The position numbers and the translations under genes are program-made. 64,000 nt of DNA from Blastocystis sp. subtype 4 (Eukaryota): positions 1-64,000 of the forward strand of contig NW_014569526.1 of the NCBI RefSeq assembly GCF_000743755.1. Direction: 5' to 3'. The number at the start of each line of letters is the position of its first letter. The stretch's first letter is position 1. This document shows positions 11,398 to 27,293 of this stretch, piece after piece. The notes beneath the pieces were generated by a model. It searched no databases and was not told the DNA's origin. It saw only the letters and a program-made list of their open reading frames with translations.

Positions 11398-13135
11398 TCA
11401 AAAACGGCTAGCTTTCTTCTGTTTCTTCTTTCCTCGCTTCACACGTCCCTTCATTTCGTTTGGATTCTTTCTTCCATACCCGATCACAATACTATCCTAT
11501 ACCTCATCCTCCATTTCATCCAGTACAAGATAATTCGTACTTCGTTTTGTACTGTTCTCCAAACCTAAACTTTCACTCCCCACATCTCCAAAAATGCATC
11601 CCTCCTTCTTCTCTCTGCGCATTTCGTATAATCGTTGCTTCCATTTTCCCGTTTTCAATTGATCTTCACATAACAGCAAATCTGCGTTCTTTCCAATACT
11701 GTATTTGGTTCCTCGAAGTGATCGTGAAGCAGGAGCATCACCAATTCTCACCACTCCTCCTTTGTTAATGAAAACAGGAACTCGTGCAAGAGAAGGATGG
11801 CCACAGTCTGGACAGAACAATTTTGTATCGTCCTTGCAAACACTATTCATGATCACATTCTCTATTTCTTACCTAAAACAATCCTTGCATCGTCGAGTAT
11901 AGATTCGCATGCGTGTAATACGACGGTTATCATACGAGACCAACTGCATATTCATCTGAAGAATCACATTCTGCATCGCAAAGTCGCCAGTACAACAAGC
12001 AGCATATTGAGAGCGGTCTTCATCTTCATTCTCATGGGGGATGTCCGTATGCAAGTTCGCTTCGAAACTAGATCGTGATGCATCAAAGCTTGATACCTGG
12101 AAAGAGTGTCTGTGGAGATCCACTCACCTTCATCCTCTCCATCTTGCAGTACTAATGAACTGCCACCTACATGGATGTGACTGTGGAACTCTGGGGATGC
12201 TTGTAGCTCTGGTGGCTCTGCTTCTGCAGTCTGTTCCTCCTTCAGTTCCGACTCCTGTAGTTCAACAATGGTCTGTTCTTGTGACTCCTCCTGCCCTAAT
12301 TCCTGTGGCTCCTGTTCCTGCTCAGTACTCTCTTCTTTCACCTCAGATGGCTCCTTCTGCTCTCCCACAATCTCAGGGAACTCTACTCGCTGCGCTGGAG
12401 GAGCGGGACCCAGAGCAGGAAACGCATCTTCGCCTCCAAAGAGCTGGAACGGTGTTTCGGCTCGCTTCACAACATTCCAATGTCTAGGCTCCCGGAGTGG
12501 CTGAGAGACAACAGTTTTCTTCACTTCCACCTTAGGCTTATTGATGGAATTCAGGTATTCAGAACGATCAATATCACCCTTGTGACGATAATAACAATCA
12601 AGTCCATAACGACATTCATCTGGATGATCTATAAACTTACAAGGAACAGGAGAGACATTTATTCCGACTATTCTCTTTTCGTGGACATCAACAATACGAC
12701 TCCTCTAGTTATTAACGTTTCATTACACTCCCAACATCAAGAAGAGGAACCAAATTAATGCTATCAAGTCCACCGATCTCTTTCTGCAGATCGTACTCCA
12801 GTGCAATCACTTTCAGATCAGTCTGGGCCAAACGAGAGTAATCTCCAGTCGCCTTGGCAAACCGTTCCACTAAACAATCATAAAAACGTTAAAGTTCATT
12901 CCTGCAGCTATAGCTTCCGGTGAAGGATCACGAATCTTAATCTCGAAGGGAAAACGCTCAAGAGCACCTCTTGCTTGTTTGTCCCTGACTTCACACATCA
13001 CCTCCTCAATAGAATAAAACTCCTAAAACATCAAACACAACATTTCGTTCATGCCTCAGCAGCTCCAGTAATTGAAGCATGGTTAATAAACGCTCCTGAA
13101 TCCAGAACGAGGGCCTTAAACTTGTTCTCTTGCAT
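11398..13135 (-). CDS. NOB1: 20S pre-rRNA endonuclease NOB1; multi-exon
   Basis: PIN start LVLDSGAFI, DEGEWI, ACCTGDFAMQNVILQM, Zn ribbon (RCKDCF, FCPDCGH), SLRGTKYSI, LLLCEDQ, GYGRKNPNE. Confidence 0.93.
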
Positions 13136-13227
13136 ACTCAGGAATGAGAGTTCTTCGGGTATACTTGAATTGACAAATATTCTCCCTAATTTGAACAAAC
13201 AACAAATAATTAGAGAAGTTATAATCC

Positions 13228-16200
13228 TCATCGTCGAGATGCGTAAACCTTATTTCGAAGTTTATTCTGCCATGCTATCACAGCAGTATCGCGAATCTGG
13301 ATACATCCGCGTAGAGTTGGACTCATCTCGAATATATCCCCTTTACAGCAAGCAGGACACAGAAACCCTCGATCTAATGACCAATAACCAAAGTTCTTTG
13401 TTAATACGAGATCTGGACAATCTGTCAATTCCAGAGCTAAACAAGAAGGATGGTATCCAACTCCACATTTCATACAAACTAAAAGTCGTTCCTTGAGATT
13501 CTCTCTTGAGAGACAAATGCATTGACGATGTACTTTCTTGTTCTGATCTTCTAAGTATGTTTCCTTGTTCTCTGAAAATCGTAAGATATTTGCCATTTCC
13601 AGAGACAGTGTAAACAAGATCTCACACAAGATTCCTAATCGATGTACTTCAGCCAATGAATTGCGTTCTTTAGTTCCCTTTGTCTGTGCTAATGAACTCA
13701 CACACATATGTGGAGGATACACTGATATCAAACTGACACGAAGGAAGGCTCGTATAAGTCCAATCTTCTGCTCGACCTTCCTACTCTTTCTGATTCTCTC
13801 CAATACTTGGTTTACAGTTAACCCCGTGTTAGAAGAATGTGGAAGAAGTACAGCATCAGAAGGAAGATTCTCTTGAATGCAATAATGAATGGAATCCGAC
13901 GAGATACCAACAAAATAGTGCTCCAGAAAGCTACGTAGCGAAAGACTGTTCTTAAATTGTGATTCATCTTCAATGAGTTGTAAAAATGATGGCGATTCTA
14001 GGAATTGAGAAAGAAGTACTGATTTTGATATATTAGGTGGGAGATGATTTGCCAGAGTACGTTGAGAAGCCAAAGGCATTTTGGGAGCAGGAAGAATGGA
14101 AACTCGTTTCAACTGAATTTGATTCACACTCGTCTTTTGATTCTTCCTGACTGTTTTAGTCTTCTCCAACTCTGATGATCGAATAGATTGATGTGGTGTG
14201 ATAGTGTGAAGTGATTCAATGACTTGATGAGACTGGCTAGACTCCAATTGGTCCTTCATTGCTCGGACAGAACGAACACGATGAGAATCCTTAGGAGGTA
14301 GAGGGGATTCTCTTGTATTCAATGAACCCGAACGAAGTCGACTTCGTTTCCTCGTCCTTGAATCTTCGAGAGACTCTGATGAAGGGGAATCATTTGTTGG
14401 CTGAGAGACAGAGGCCTTGAGAGATCGACTACGTTTCCTCTGCATTCTTCCATCAGAAGAGCCTGTAACCTGATGCTTCTCTTCATCACGTCCACACAAT
14501 ATCAGTCTATCTTTCAATGCCAGAGCTTTCACACTCTTCTTTTCATTCTTACGACCTGTAGTACTCACTAAGCCCAATGATATGTCATTCCTCCTCACAC
14601 ACACCCCACCCTCATTAACCCAAGCCATTGGAACTTCCCACACATCAATGAGCTCACATACACGCAACTTCTCCAATTCTTTCAACTCCTTTTCCATCTG
14701 CTTCACCTCCTTCTTTGGAACACCATCTCGTCGTCCTTCCCTTAACAAGCAGTTCAATGATACATTCTTCACATCACCATTTGGACCATTCTTCTCATTC
14801 CACTTCACAAACGCAAAGTCCTTCCATCCAGCCACTTGGGGATCTATCCAAGAACCATTAGCAATGCGATTTGGAGTGATAATTCCTATTCGATTGTAAC
14901 TATGATGTGAACAGAGGATTCGATGACGATTGCCAAATAAGCAGGTATCCTGATTCTCTTCCATACAAACATTAGAGTGCCACTGGACTTCAAGACCGTT
15001 CCTGAAGGCACATATCACATGATAGGACTGCGTACAGCCTTGAATAGGACATGTCACGCAGTAGCCCTGTCGCTTACAGAAGCAACATGTTTGAATTGAG
15101 AATAATGAGGAATGAGGGTTGATATAAGGAAGAGAATGGAGTGGAGAAAGAGGAAGATTGAAAGAGAAAGAAGGAGGAATCGATTGAATCTCGTGAACAT
15201 GATTGGAAAGAGTGACCCCAGGTAGCCAACAAGCACAAGCAGGATGAGCATATATTCCTTCATAGATTGTACGGAAGAGAAGACCAGATGAATAGCCACA
15301 AAGAACACAATAAATATGAGATCGAATCGTTTTGATTTTGCTAAGAGTAGGTTCATCAAAAACTGCTTCCAATGAAGATGATTGATCAGACACAGCTGAT
15401 GGTTGGATCTCTAATACAAATTGTCCAATATCTGCACAAGCCATACACAGCCAGTCAGTACATACTGGATCTATACAAGCACAGAGCTTATGAGCACAAC
15501 AACCACATGCCATACACACACAAAGCATATCACTCTCAATTGCTTGATTGCATACCTCACATCGAGATGAATCAGTAACACTATACCCACCTCGCTCAGG
15601 ATGATAAGTCTGAACATACTGTGAATATTGAGAGATGGCATCATGATAGGAATCACGAAGATGTTGGGCTTCTTGAATCTCATTTATCACAACCTCTTCA
15701 AGCGATGTTAAAATCCGTTCATTCTCCTTCTCCACATCCATCAATTCTCTTTGAAGTCTGGTTAATTCTAACAGAATCTCATCTTTCTCCTCCTTTCCGT
15801 TGATACATACTGCTTCGATTGTAAGTACATTCGGTTCCTGAATAGGATTCTCTTCCCAAATACTCACAGTCGTCTCTGGAGAGTCTCTTTCACACATCAA
15901 ACAAACATCCGGTAATTTTGGATGATTCCCGTGGATAACAGTGACTCCAATTCCATTCATAACTTGGTGAAGATGTTGTAATTCCGATAATTCAGCCGAA
16001 TTCCGTTCCTCTTCTCTAGACAAAAAGAAACTCGAGGAGAGAAGTTTTCCATAGAGAGAAAACTGGAGATGGAATCCCTGTGGTCGTTTTGTTAACACAT
16101 TCTCTCCATTCCGATGAAAGAGAGTGCAAAATAATCGTACTCGTGGGGATTCATCTATGTCTCACAACAAGAAGAGACTCATACACAATAACGGATTCCA

Positions 16201-19200
16201 GAAACGATGATACTGAAACTGAGCCAGATCCAATTGCATTGGCGTATATGAATGATTTCCCCGCGAGTTGGCTTTCATATCAAACATATGCTGGTAGAAG
16301 GAGATAGCACTGTCAGTGGAGTCACAGAGAACATAAGACATTCCTGTGTGGATTCCATGTTGACAAGCTAAAGAGAAAAGAAGAGTACCTGTATAAGGCT
16401 CAGCAGAGATATGAGAGGCAACATACTTAGAATGAGTTGAGCATTTGACCACTTGCAAGGTACAAACATAGACCACTTTGTGACTCTGGATAACTTGAAG
16501 ATCCGAAGCATTCAATAAGCCATCCCGTCGTCGTGGTTTATCTTCAGTCTGATGAGAAGGACAGTACCATATCAAGTAATAATGAATAAGACCCACAATA
16601 CACTTCCTTCCTCGCTTATTCACTCGTTCAGCAAGGATAATGAATTCATTCTTTGCTTTCAGAACAGTTTCATAATCTTCTCTCTTAGCATACAATGGAT
16701 TCACTGTGTTCACTTGTAACAAATCAGGAATGTCCTGAATGGTTGCTAATCGAAATGTTGAATTTAAGCAGAATGATTGACTGTGAAACCATTCAATCAC
16801 TTCCGTACTGATGTACGGCTCATACGTCTCACGACAAGCACTAACATCCTTTGGATTGAAACCAAGAAAGAGATATTCAGCTACAAACGAACTGGCGTTT
16901 TTGCGACTTCGTCGATCTTCAGAGTCAGAATGAAGGCGTGATTGAGACTTCCAAGGGAATGGAATGATTCGAGCATCATCCAAATGATCAAACTGGGATT
17001 CATTCTCACAGTTCCATGATTTTGGAAATGGAGGAAGCGAGATATTCTTGTTGTTAATGGTAACAACAAAATCCTAAAGATTAGTGGAATATCATAAACC
17101 AACAGAATTTCGATCTAGTCGTAATAGTTTCAGAACCTCCTTCCTGATCATTCGTTTACCCATAAGAACGTTAACATATTTCCAAATATCCATAGCTGTA
17201 AGACCTGAACGATTCGTAGCATATAGACGAGGACTAAATAATGATAACCAAATGGTAATTGAACCTGCGATTCCGAGTCAAGAGTTTGGATGCAGTGTGA
17301 GTAACTACAGATGTACGTCGGTCCTTCTTTTCCTTTGTAACTGTGGATGGTTTCAGCTTCATCATTTGTCGTTTCATCTTTCGAATGGATGGTTCTCGTA
17401 TCACCTCTTGCAACCCACATTGTATAAAAACAGAACGTAATGCTTGATATTCCTTTGTATTGTTCATGAGGTCATATGTACAAAGACTCACCCTACATCG
17501 AGTACGATTAAAATTATGAAGCCAACCAGGAGCCTGACTAAAAGGAATTGTGTGGGATCGAAATGAGGAAGAGTGAGTATCTAAAAAGACCGATGGAATC
17601 AGAGCTAGATGCTCCGAACAACAAACAAAAAATGAAACGGATTCTGTAGTGGCATGAAAGAAAAGACACCACACATCCTTCATACAATGATAATGAAAAG
17701 CATGTTTACAACTGGGAATAGAACACTGGAAGACCCCATCATGACTACCACATACTTCACAAGCAATGGACTTATTCTTAACTTTCAATACCCGTCTTTG
17801 CTGATTCGATAAATCTCCAGTTGACACTGAAGTAGGGAGAGTTAGAAGCAGACAGGGAATGTGAATAAGAGAATTCGAGACAAAATCTGGAGTTGTCAGA
17901 TAACCTTCGGATTTACCACAGATTGAACACACTCCATCATTTGAACCTTCTCGACACATCTGACAGCGAAGACATATCCATGAGGAACGATTGACTTCCT
18001 CAAGTCCACAGAACGAGTGAATAGTGATACCACACACCTTACATTCAACGAGAGGACTTGTATAGTGTGGAAAGATTTCATTGGATCCATCACCTCCACA
18101 AATCGCACACGTTCTCTTCTTCATCAATTTCATTCCAATAACAGGTTCACCACTCGTTTCTCGAACGATTCGTTTCGTTGACCATTGTAACATCCGTCTG
18201 GATGATTCTGAGACCCCTTCCCATTCCAAGTACTTCTGAAATTGAGACAAAAAATACTTGTCCTTCAAAAGGCCTTCAGGCATCTCACCTGTTGTCATCA
18301 ATGTGCTGTAGGCCACTTCACAGGTTCGCTGCAGATTCTGAAGTTTGGTTGTGAGACGAGTTCCCAAGGAAGTTGGTGATGCCTGCTGAGCAATCTGATC
18401 TGTGACTTCTCGTTCATGCTCCTTGCAGTAGTATAGAAGAGCAACAGAAGAGTTGTTAAAAAAGACATGAATTCCACGCTGGTGATTTGAATCTAAGAAG
18501 CAAGACATATGGCAAAATCGAAAACAGTTCTTATGCTGGCACTTGACTAGCAGTTTGGAATTGGAATTACAAAATTCACAGGTACGATTATTGGTGAGAA
18601 CAATGGAAGCATTGGTTGGGAGAAATGGACGATAGGACAGTAGTTCATTTTCAAATCGAACGAGTTGTTCGGTGAGAAGATGAAACTGGTGCTTCACTGG
18701 GACAAAATGATTCCGGAAAAAAGGAACAAAATTTGAGCAAAACAATTGACCTGAAACGGTCGTCTCTTCGTTTCCAGATTGTATCTCAACTACTTCCTTA
18801 AGACCAGAAAGGGAAAAGAATTCATCATCTGTATGCAGATATAAAAAGGAAGCGAGACCCTTCAGACAAACAGAGTGTACAAATCGGCCAGGTTGATACT
18901 CTGGATATAAGGAACATGAATGAACCATACCAGTCAAAGATAACTCATCTGATAACGTATTGCAAAAGTCACAATTTGGTAGACGATGATGTTTCTTTAG
19001 GAATTGGCATGAAGGACATATATCCTCTTCCATGGCTCCTGAGAAGGTACATTGTTTGTGATACTATTCGGAAGTTAGAGTATTCAAATCGGAGGTTATT
19101 AGATAAATGTCTTCATAGATCATCCAAAAGTCATGATTTAAAGACATAAAGTGATCAGATAACCGAAAAGTCAAACCTACCTTGAAATGACATACTGTAC

Positions 19201-19264
19201 ACTCAATCCCCGAACGATTAACACAGCAGCATTGAATAGTTCCAATCGCTGCTATTTTAATCAT
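13228..19264 (-). CDS. Giant (~1,900 aa) chromatin protein with multiple PHD/extended-PHD fingers and a central GNAT-like domain
   Basis: ORFs 19064-19264, 17234-19033, 16162-16983 and 13228-16098 join in frame via GT-AG introns. Repeated C4HC3 and PZP-type patterns (e.g. CEVC...CMACGCCAHKLC...WLCMAC). Confidence 0.78.
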
Positions 19265-19566
19265 AGGGAAGTGATTGATTGAATACTTGAAGAAATCGAT
19301 TTAGGGGAAAATAGTCCCGATTTCTGGAGTTCAAGTGTGATACATTCCTTAATCGAAGTTGAAGGAATCCTAGAGTGCTATATAGATCTAGAAATGAAAA
19401 ATAGATAAAGAAAGAATTGAGCTGTTTCCATAATCAATAAATACGAAAACTTGATTCTCAAAGTAGTATCCAATCATACTATGAAAACGAATATATTGGC
19501 GATCGAGTAAAAACCTCATTCTGTATTCTATTCTTTATTTAATTTGTGAATTCTTTTGTTTATACT

Positions 19567-20475
19567 ATGTCTACTACTATGAATATTAATACTAAACTAC
19601 ATGAGGCTCGTTCGGAACAGATTAAGGGCAATTATCAAGAGTCCTTATCTTTGTATGTTACAGTAATGAATATGTTGGATACTGCTATGGCAACATGTAC
19701 ACCTCAAGAAAAGGAATATTACTCTACTATGATGAACAATACTGTTGCAGAGTACGAACTTGTGAGTAATCACGCATCCAAGCAGACTTCTTTTCCGAAG
19801 AGAGCTCCTTCCGCACCTTCTTTCCCGTATGCCACAGTCCCTATGATGTATGGATACGTAACAGCTCGTCCACCAGTTGGACCTGTTGTGCATGCTGCTT
19901 CTTATACTGCAGCAAATATTCCTTCAACTGCTGTCAATAGAATTCTACCATCTGTTCCTCAATCATCTATTCCTCAACCACCTACTCAACCATCAATGCA
20001 ATCTACTCCTCAATCATCCATTCCTCAATCACCTATTTCTCAGTCATCTATTTCTCAATCACCTGTTTCTCAGTCTTCTACTCCTCAATCTCAGGGTGTT
20101 TTTCCAACAGCGATGCCTCAACCTGAGAGTACTACTCAGGCAACGGGTCCTGACACCTCACTTGATCCTACTGCTACTCAACTTGCAGTCGAAACAATTA
20201 GTCTCCCTGCAGAGAACCAAAATACTAGCTGTACTCACAATGGAGATAACTTCTTCACTCGTCTTCAAAAGAGAATCGTCAATTGGCTCAAGAAGACACC
20301 TTGGGCGAACAGTCTTGTTGACGGAATTGAAAAGGCAGCGACGATTCTAGCAACTGGAGTAGTTGCTGTTGCATCTGGAATTGTCCAACTTTGGAACCGT
20401 CTGCTTACAAGAACGATCCAAATACCCAGAACGACTGTACCTGTTCACCAAACCCAATCATCTGCTTCGCAATAA
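19567..20475 (+). CDS. Protein with MIT-like N-terminal helices and a P/Q/S-rich low-complexity region; intronless
   Basis: LHEARSEQIKGNYQESLSLYVTV resembles the katanin-p60-type MIT domain; PQSSI repeats follow; no AAA domain. Confidence 0.6.
   Translation: MSTTMNINTKLHEARSEQIKGNYQESLSLYVTVMNMLDTAMATCTPQEKEYYSTMMNNTVAEYELVSNHASKQTSFPKRAPSAPSFPYATVPMMYGYVTARPPVGPVVHAASYTAANIPSTAVNRILPSVPQSSIPQPPTQPSMQSTPQSSIPQSPISQSSISQSPVSQSSTPQSQGVFPTAMPQPESTTQATGPDTSLDPTATQLAVETISLPAENQNTSCTHNGDNFFTRLQKRIVNWLKKTPWANSLVDGIEKAATILATGVVAVASGIVQLWNRLLTRTIQIPRTTVPVHQTQSSASQ
19957..20093 (+). repeat. Degenerate coding tandem repeat (~15-nt unit, (P/S)QS(S/P)(I/T/V))
   Basis: cctcaatcatctatt-like units repeated in frame. 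Confidence 0.6.
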
Positions 20476-20527
20476 GATTACTGTTTAAGTGTTTTTTCCT
20501 TATTCCATCATAGGATGATCAAAATAC

Positions 20528-20545
20528 TGTTTCTTTCAACAAATA
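20528..20545. terminator. Degenerate bidirectional 3'-end motif TGTTTCTTTCAACAAATA
   Basis: Between convergent MIT-like and DDX3 genes. Confidence 0.45.
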
Positions 20546-20602
20546 CAACAAAAGAACTAGTAATAGGACCAAATCATCTCAGCAAAATGCCTACGCATCT
20601 TC

Positions 20603-22703
<2,101 letters not shown>

Positions 22704-23051
22704 TTTCCCAATTTGATATCAAATCAATGTGAATGCAAGAAGAATTATAAGGTCGAAAAACCGCGGTATTCCATAGTTTTAGAATTATCAATCTGAAATT
22801 GAACATTCATTCGGAATATGATTGCAAATAGTGTAATAATCCATTCTATACAGTTAATTGATGATATGGAAATAGGGAGCAGAAAACGTTCATGTAGAAC
22901 AAAAATGCAATGAGCAGTTTACCGAATAAGTTTGGTGTCGATTCAACTTACAGAATCGGTATTGGTTGTAGACGCAATAACGGTTATTTTAGGAAAGTCG
23001 CAGACTCTTTGGATTCCTCCGTTAATCTATCTTTTCTTTTCTTGGGGTAGA

Positions 23052-23750
23052 ATGAATAGTGCAGAGACGATGGAAGACAAGGAAGAAATGGAGCGTGTGA
23101 CGAAACTGAAGGAATGTGTTATCAAGGTGCAGTCTAGTTTGAAATCAATTGTAATGAATCAAAAGAAACAATTAGAAAAGGATGAAGAATATCAGAAAAG
23201 ATTCTACAAGTTATGTAATGATATCGGTGTGGATCCATTTACACAAAAGAAGGGATTTCTCTCCGGATTGCTGAACAAGAATCTGGATGAATTCTACAAA
23301 CAACTGGGGATGCGAGTTCTGGGTGTTTGTCTAGATACTCGATATGAGAACGGAGGATTGATCAAGCTCTCAGAAATTAAAGAGCGATTAAACTCGAATT
23401 CAGATGGAACGAAGGCTGGTCATGTTCATTCTGCAGATATCCGTATGGCGGTTGAAAAGCTCTCAGTTCTATCGTCTTCATTGTGTATTGTCCACATTGA
23501 AGACGAAGAAGGGGGAGAAGTGGAGTATATAAAGTCAGCAGATATGGAATTGTCTGGTGACTCACTCAAGATTCTTGCAAAGGCAAATCGTAGGAAGGGA
23601 AAACTTCAGGTTGCGGATATGGGTCATGATACAAATGGAAAGTGGAAGAAAGAATTAGATCTGTTTGTCGACCAAGGTATTGCTTGGATCGATGTTCACG
23701 AAGGACTTACAACGTATTACTTCCCTACCATTGTTTTTGCGTCTTCATAA
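23052..23750 (+). CDS. SNF8: ESCRT-II subunit SNF8/Vps22
   Basis: FYKLCNDIGVDPF, FYKQLGMRVLGVC, ENGGLI, GIAWID...YYFP. First ATG at 23052. Confidence 0.88.
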   Translation: MNSAETMEDKEEMERVTKLKECVIKVQSSLKSIVMNQKKQLEKDEEYQKRFYKLCNDIGVDPFTQKKGFLSGLLNKNLDEFYKQLGMRVLGVCLDTRYENGGLIKLSEIKERLNSNSDGTKAGHVHSADIRMAVEKLSVLSSSLCIVHIEDEEGGEVEYIKSADMELSGDSLKILAKANRRKGKLQVADMGHDTNGKWKKELDLFVDQGIAWIDVHEGLTTYYFPTIVFASS

Positions 23751-23753
23751 TCC

Positions 23754-23768
23754 TGTTTGTATCAAACA
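23754..23768. terminator. Bidirectional 3'-end motif TGTTTGTATCAAACA
   Basis: Between convergent SNF8 and Sec8. Confidence 0.7.
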
Positions 23769-23790
23769 AATACGCCATTTATTCATTTCT

Positions 23791-26700
23791 CTACTTCTGA
23801 GAAGCCTTCAGAATATCCTCAATCCAATCAATAGCAGCATCATCACGTTCACGATTTCTTGTAGTTATCTTGAAGAGATTCATATAGTCAATATTGGTGA
23901 ATCGCTTTGGATGCTTCATAATATACTTCTTAATCTCTTCTTTAGTCATTAATGCTAGAGAGAAGTACTAGAATTCAATCCAACACATCATACTTACATC
24001 TGTCAAACGACGTGTGATGGTAATTGTCTCTGAGAAGGGAAGTAGGAGATTCATGATCTGAGAACAACACACACTACTTTGCTTCAACGTACAAATAATC
24101 GAATCATCAACCTCTTCCACGGGAATTCGAGTGATTGACTAGATGTCACAAATCCAGTTCTCCTACTCTCATCAATAGTGTTGATAAGAAGGATTGAAGC
24201 TGATGTCCAAACAAATCAACTTTGGAAGGAGAACACTACATTCGATGTTACCTTCATGCTTACAAGTTGAACTACAATATCCGAAAAACCTTTCATATCC
24301 TTCATTAATTCCATTACCACAGGTGGAACACTGTTATAACTATTGCTGGTAAAACTCCCAGTCAATCTACATCTTAATGTCTTTCACTATCTCAACTTTT
24401 GCATATAATAGAAGCAGCGGGCATTGATCTCGTTCAGAAGCATTTGCAAACAATAGTCACACACTCCTTTCAATGTCATCACACATTCATCTACTGTTTT
24501 GTCGTAGACTCCATAATCAAGAGGATATTTGGAATCTACAATTCAGTAGGATATCATTACTGTACCCTGGTTCTCATGACGATTCACTTTCTCTACAGGT
24601 CATACACACATCATTCATTTACTCTCGAGAATATGCTTAGTCAGCTGGATACAGCCTTCACACACATTACACAACAGAATCACACGTCCATTCAAAATCA
24701 AGTGATTTTTCTCCACTGGCTAGATGTCATAAATCGTCCCTATTTCTGTACTGGATCAATAAAGAAGGAATAAATGTCACTGTTAATAGCCTTCTCTTCA
24801 TCTGCTTGTTCTGCCTTTGACAATTTCTGGAATTCCTTCGATTCATCAATTTCCAAAAATACTTACGAATTCAGGAAAATGAGGAATCTCAGCCAAAATC
24901 GCGGCATATTTTGGATTGTTATACAGCAACAATTTCCCACCATTTGCTGCCCAATCATATCGTTTCTTAGCGAAACTCCCTCGGACCATTTCATCTACTA
25001 ACGTAGTGAACTTTGTAGAGCAAGAATCGATGAGTTTCTGTAACACTAAGAATCACGGGAATATGATAATAATACCGGACACAACTTCATAGTATGAACT
25101 CTGGAGATATAGAACATTCTGCTCTAATTCATCCCATCCAGCTCTCAAATCAATAACACACTAAATATGAGGGGTAAGATAATCCAGGGGTTACATTCAA
25201 AGTATGGCCATCATTCTCATTGATCAAATAGGATTCAGGTTTATTCAATGAAGCTTGAGTAATAGCAACAGCTCGATCAATTAAAGCTGAGTGTAGATCT
25301 GACTACAAGTGATGATGCAGACTTGAATTAACCTCAATATGTTCATTCAGGTAATTATTCAGACTCATGAATTCACTCAAATCTTGATCTTCCTCATGAA
25401 CTCGTAAGATCTGTTTCATTTGTTCAACACGTGTCATACTCTCTAGAATCAGTATTCATTCATTCATTTAACCATTTGCCAATACTGTTGTTTGTTCTAA
25501 GAACGATTTCACATAGAAACAGATAATGCTCAGAAGAATCGGATCTGGATCACATACACGACCATATGAGGATGTGTCATAATTCTTCTCTTTCAAATCT
25601 ATTTCACATTCAATCATCAATGTATACCACTTAGTACGCTCTGTTGACTACTAATCCAAGCAGGACTTGATGAAAATGAAAACGATACTACTATTCCTTT
25701 CCCGCGGTTATTTGCTTGAGCTAATCGTAATGCTGATACAGTGCTGGAAGTGGTTGGTAACTACTATTCAATCCAATCTCAGGTGTTACAGTAACGAATC
25801 GTTCAACATAGCCTTTGATTGCAATCTGAATGCTAGTGAATACAGACATTGTATTGTAATCAGGATTCATGTTTTCAACATAACTCAAATGACCTTCTAC
25901 TACACTATTCAGAAAAGCTTCAATACAACAACTAAAAATCAGACCGATTTCTGGAATTCACATGTGAGTCCGGAATATATCTTCACATGTCATCAGAATA
26001 TGTTTCAAGGAATATTCCACAGCTTCTGCTCCCTTTTTCAATGGATCCTAACAATAACCAAAATCGGCTCTATTTCTACCTTCGGATCTTCAATTCTCTG
26101 AATGGTTTGATTAATGCTAGATAGGATAGTCTCGTTAATGTTGCTCACACTGTTGCTCTGGAGACGATTTTGAGCAGCTAAGTTACATCCTATCCTAGTA
26201 TATCCTGCCATGTCCTACCGATTAACGTAGCTGCTTTGATAATGATAGCAATTGCTGTATACTTGCTACAGGTATATTGACCATTACTTACAATCTCTTT
26301 CTCCTTCTCCTCGGTTAATTCCTGACATTCCAGAACAATACACAACACCTACATGGTAACTGTATCCTTCATTCGTATAAGACGACCACTGAATCGTATC
26401 ACCTTTGTAGACAACACTACACATCAACATGCATGATCATGCAAACGTGAGCAATCGATCCATAAGAATATTCTCAATATCTTTCTTCTTCATATCCCAG
26501 TAACCATGGAGACTGATAACCGTCGGGACTTCTGCAATCGAGGAATCACTCAGCATAGTAGCTACTTCGTTATACAAATTACTAGCACGAATAAAACTAG
26601 AAATAACAATTCATTATCAGCCTGACAGAGAATTATCCAACAGACTATCGATGATCTTTGGAGCTTGTCGAATGTACTCAATGTTCTTCAGAGACTTCAG

Positions 26701-27199
26701 GGTATACTCCGTTAACAACTATATTTCGACATGCTTAACAGAACGAACCTTTTCATAGTATAATGTCTGAATACCACTGTGATTGCTTGAGAGACGTCCA
26801 CGAACTTCATCCACACGCTTGGCTAATTCCATCACCTCCTTCTGGTTTTTGCGAAAATCATCACAAATTGCAGTTAGACTGGCCAAACTATTATTATAGT
26901 CGGCATAATAGGCTTGAACAATAGGAACGAGACACTTCTCAATAGCATCTGTCTGTTTCTTCAAAAATGCTCTTTGTTTGGATTCATCTACAAATTTATC
27001 ATCTAGATAAAGAAGAATACCATCCCTAGTTTGAGAATGTTCTACCATTTGCACAAGATAGTCCAATCTATCACAAATCAGTATCCTTCAATATATCAAA
27101 CGTATTGAAATTGGGATCAAGGAACGCAGAGTCAATCTCCTTCAAGAACTCCTTGATATAATTGTTCACGCTCTCAGCTTTCATGTCAACGTCAGGCAT
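23791..27199 (-). CDS. EXOC4: Exocyst subunit Sec8/EXOC4-like; many short introns
   Basis: N-terminal IVQAYYADYNNSL...LKNIEYIRQAPKIIDSLL fits the Sec8 N-terminal domain. TAG 23791-23793. Confidence 0.7.
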
Positions 27200-27293
27200 T
27201 TCCAAGAGAGGTATGTAATCTTCCAAAAGGCAAAGATCTATCAAGAACGAACAAAAAGAAGGAACCACGGGAATTGACTGATAACAAACAGAT

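Noticed and set aside
12975..13496. 173-aa plus-strand ORF
   Set aside because: Antisense to NOB1 exon 1 and the PHD gene's end; non-ATG start; no recognisable motif.
22932..23051. GTG/TTG-initiated N-terminal extensions in the ORF track (SNF8, legumain and others)
   Set aside because: The sequence is eukaryotic; family similarity begins at or after the first ATG.
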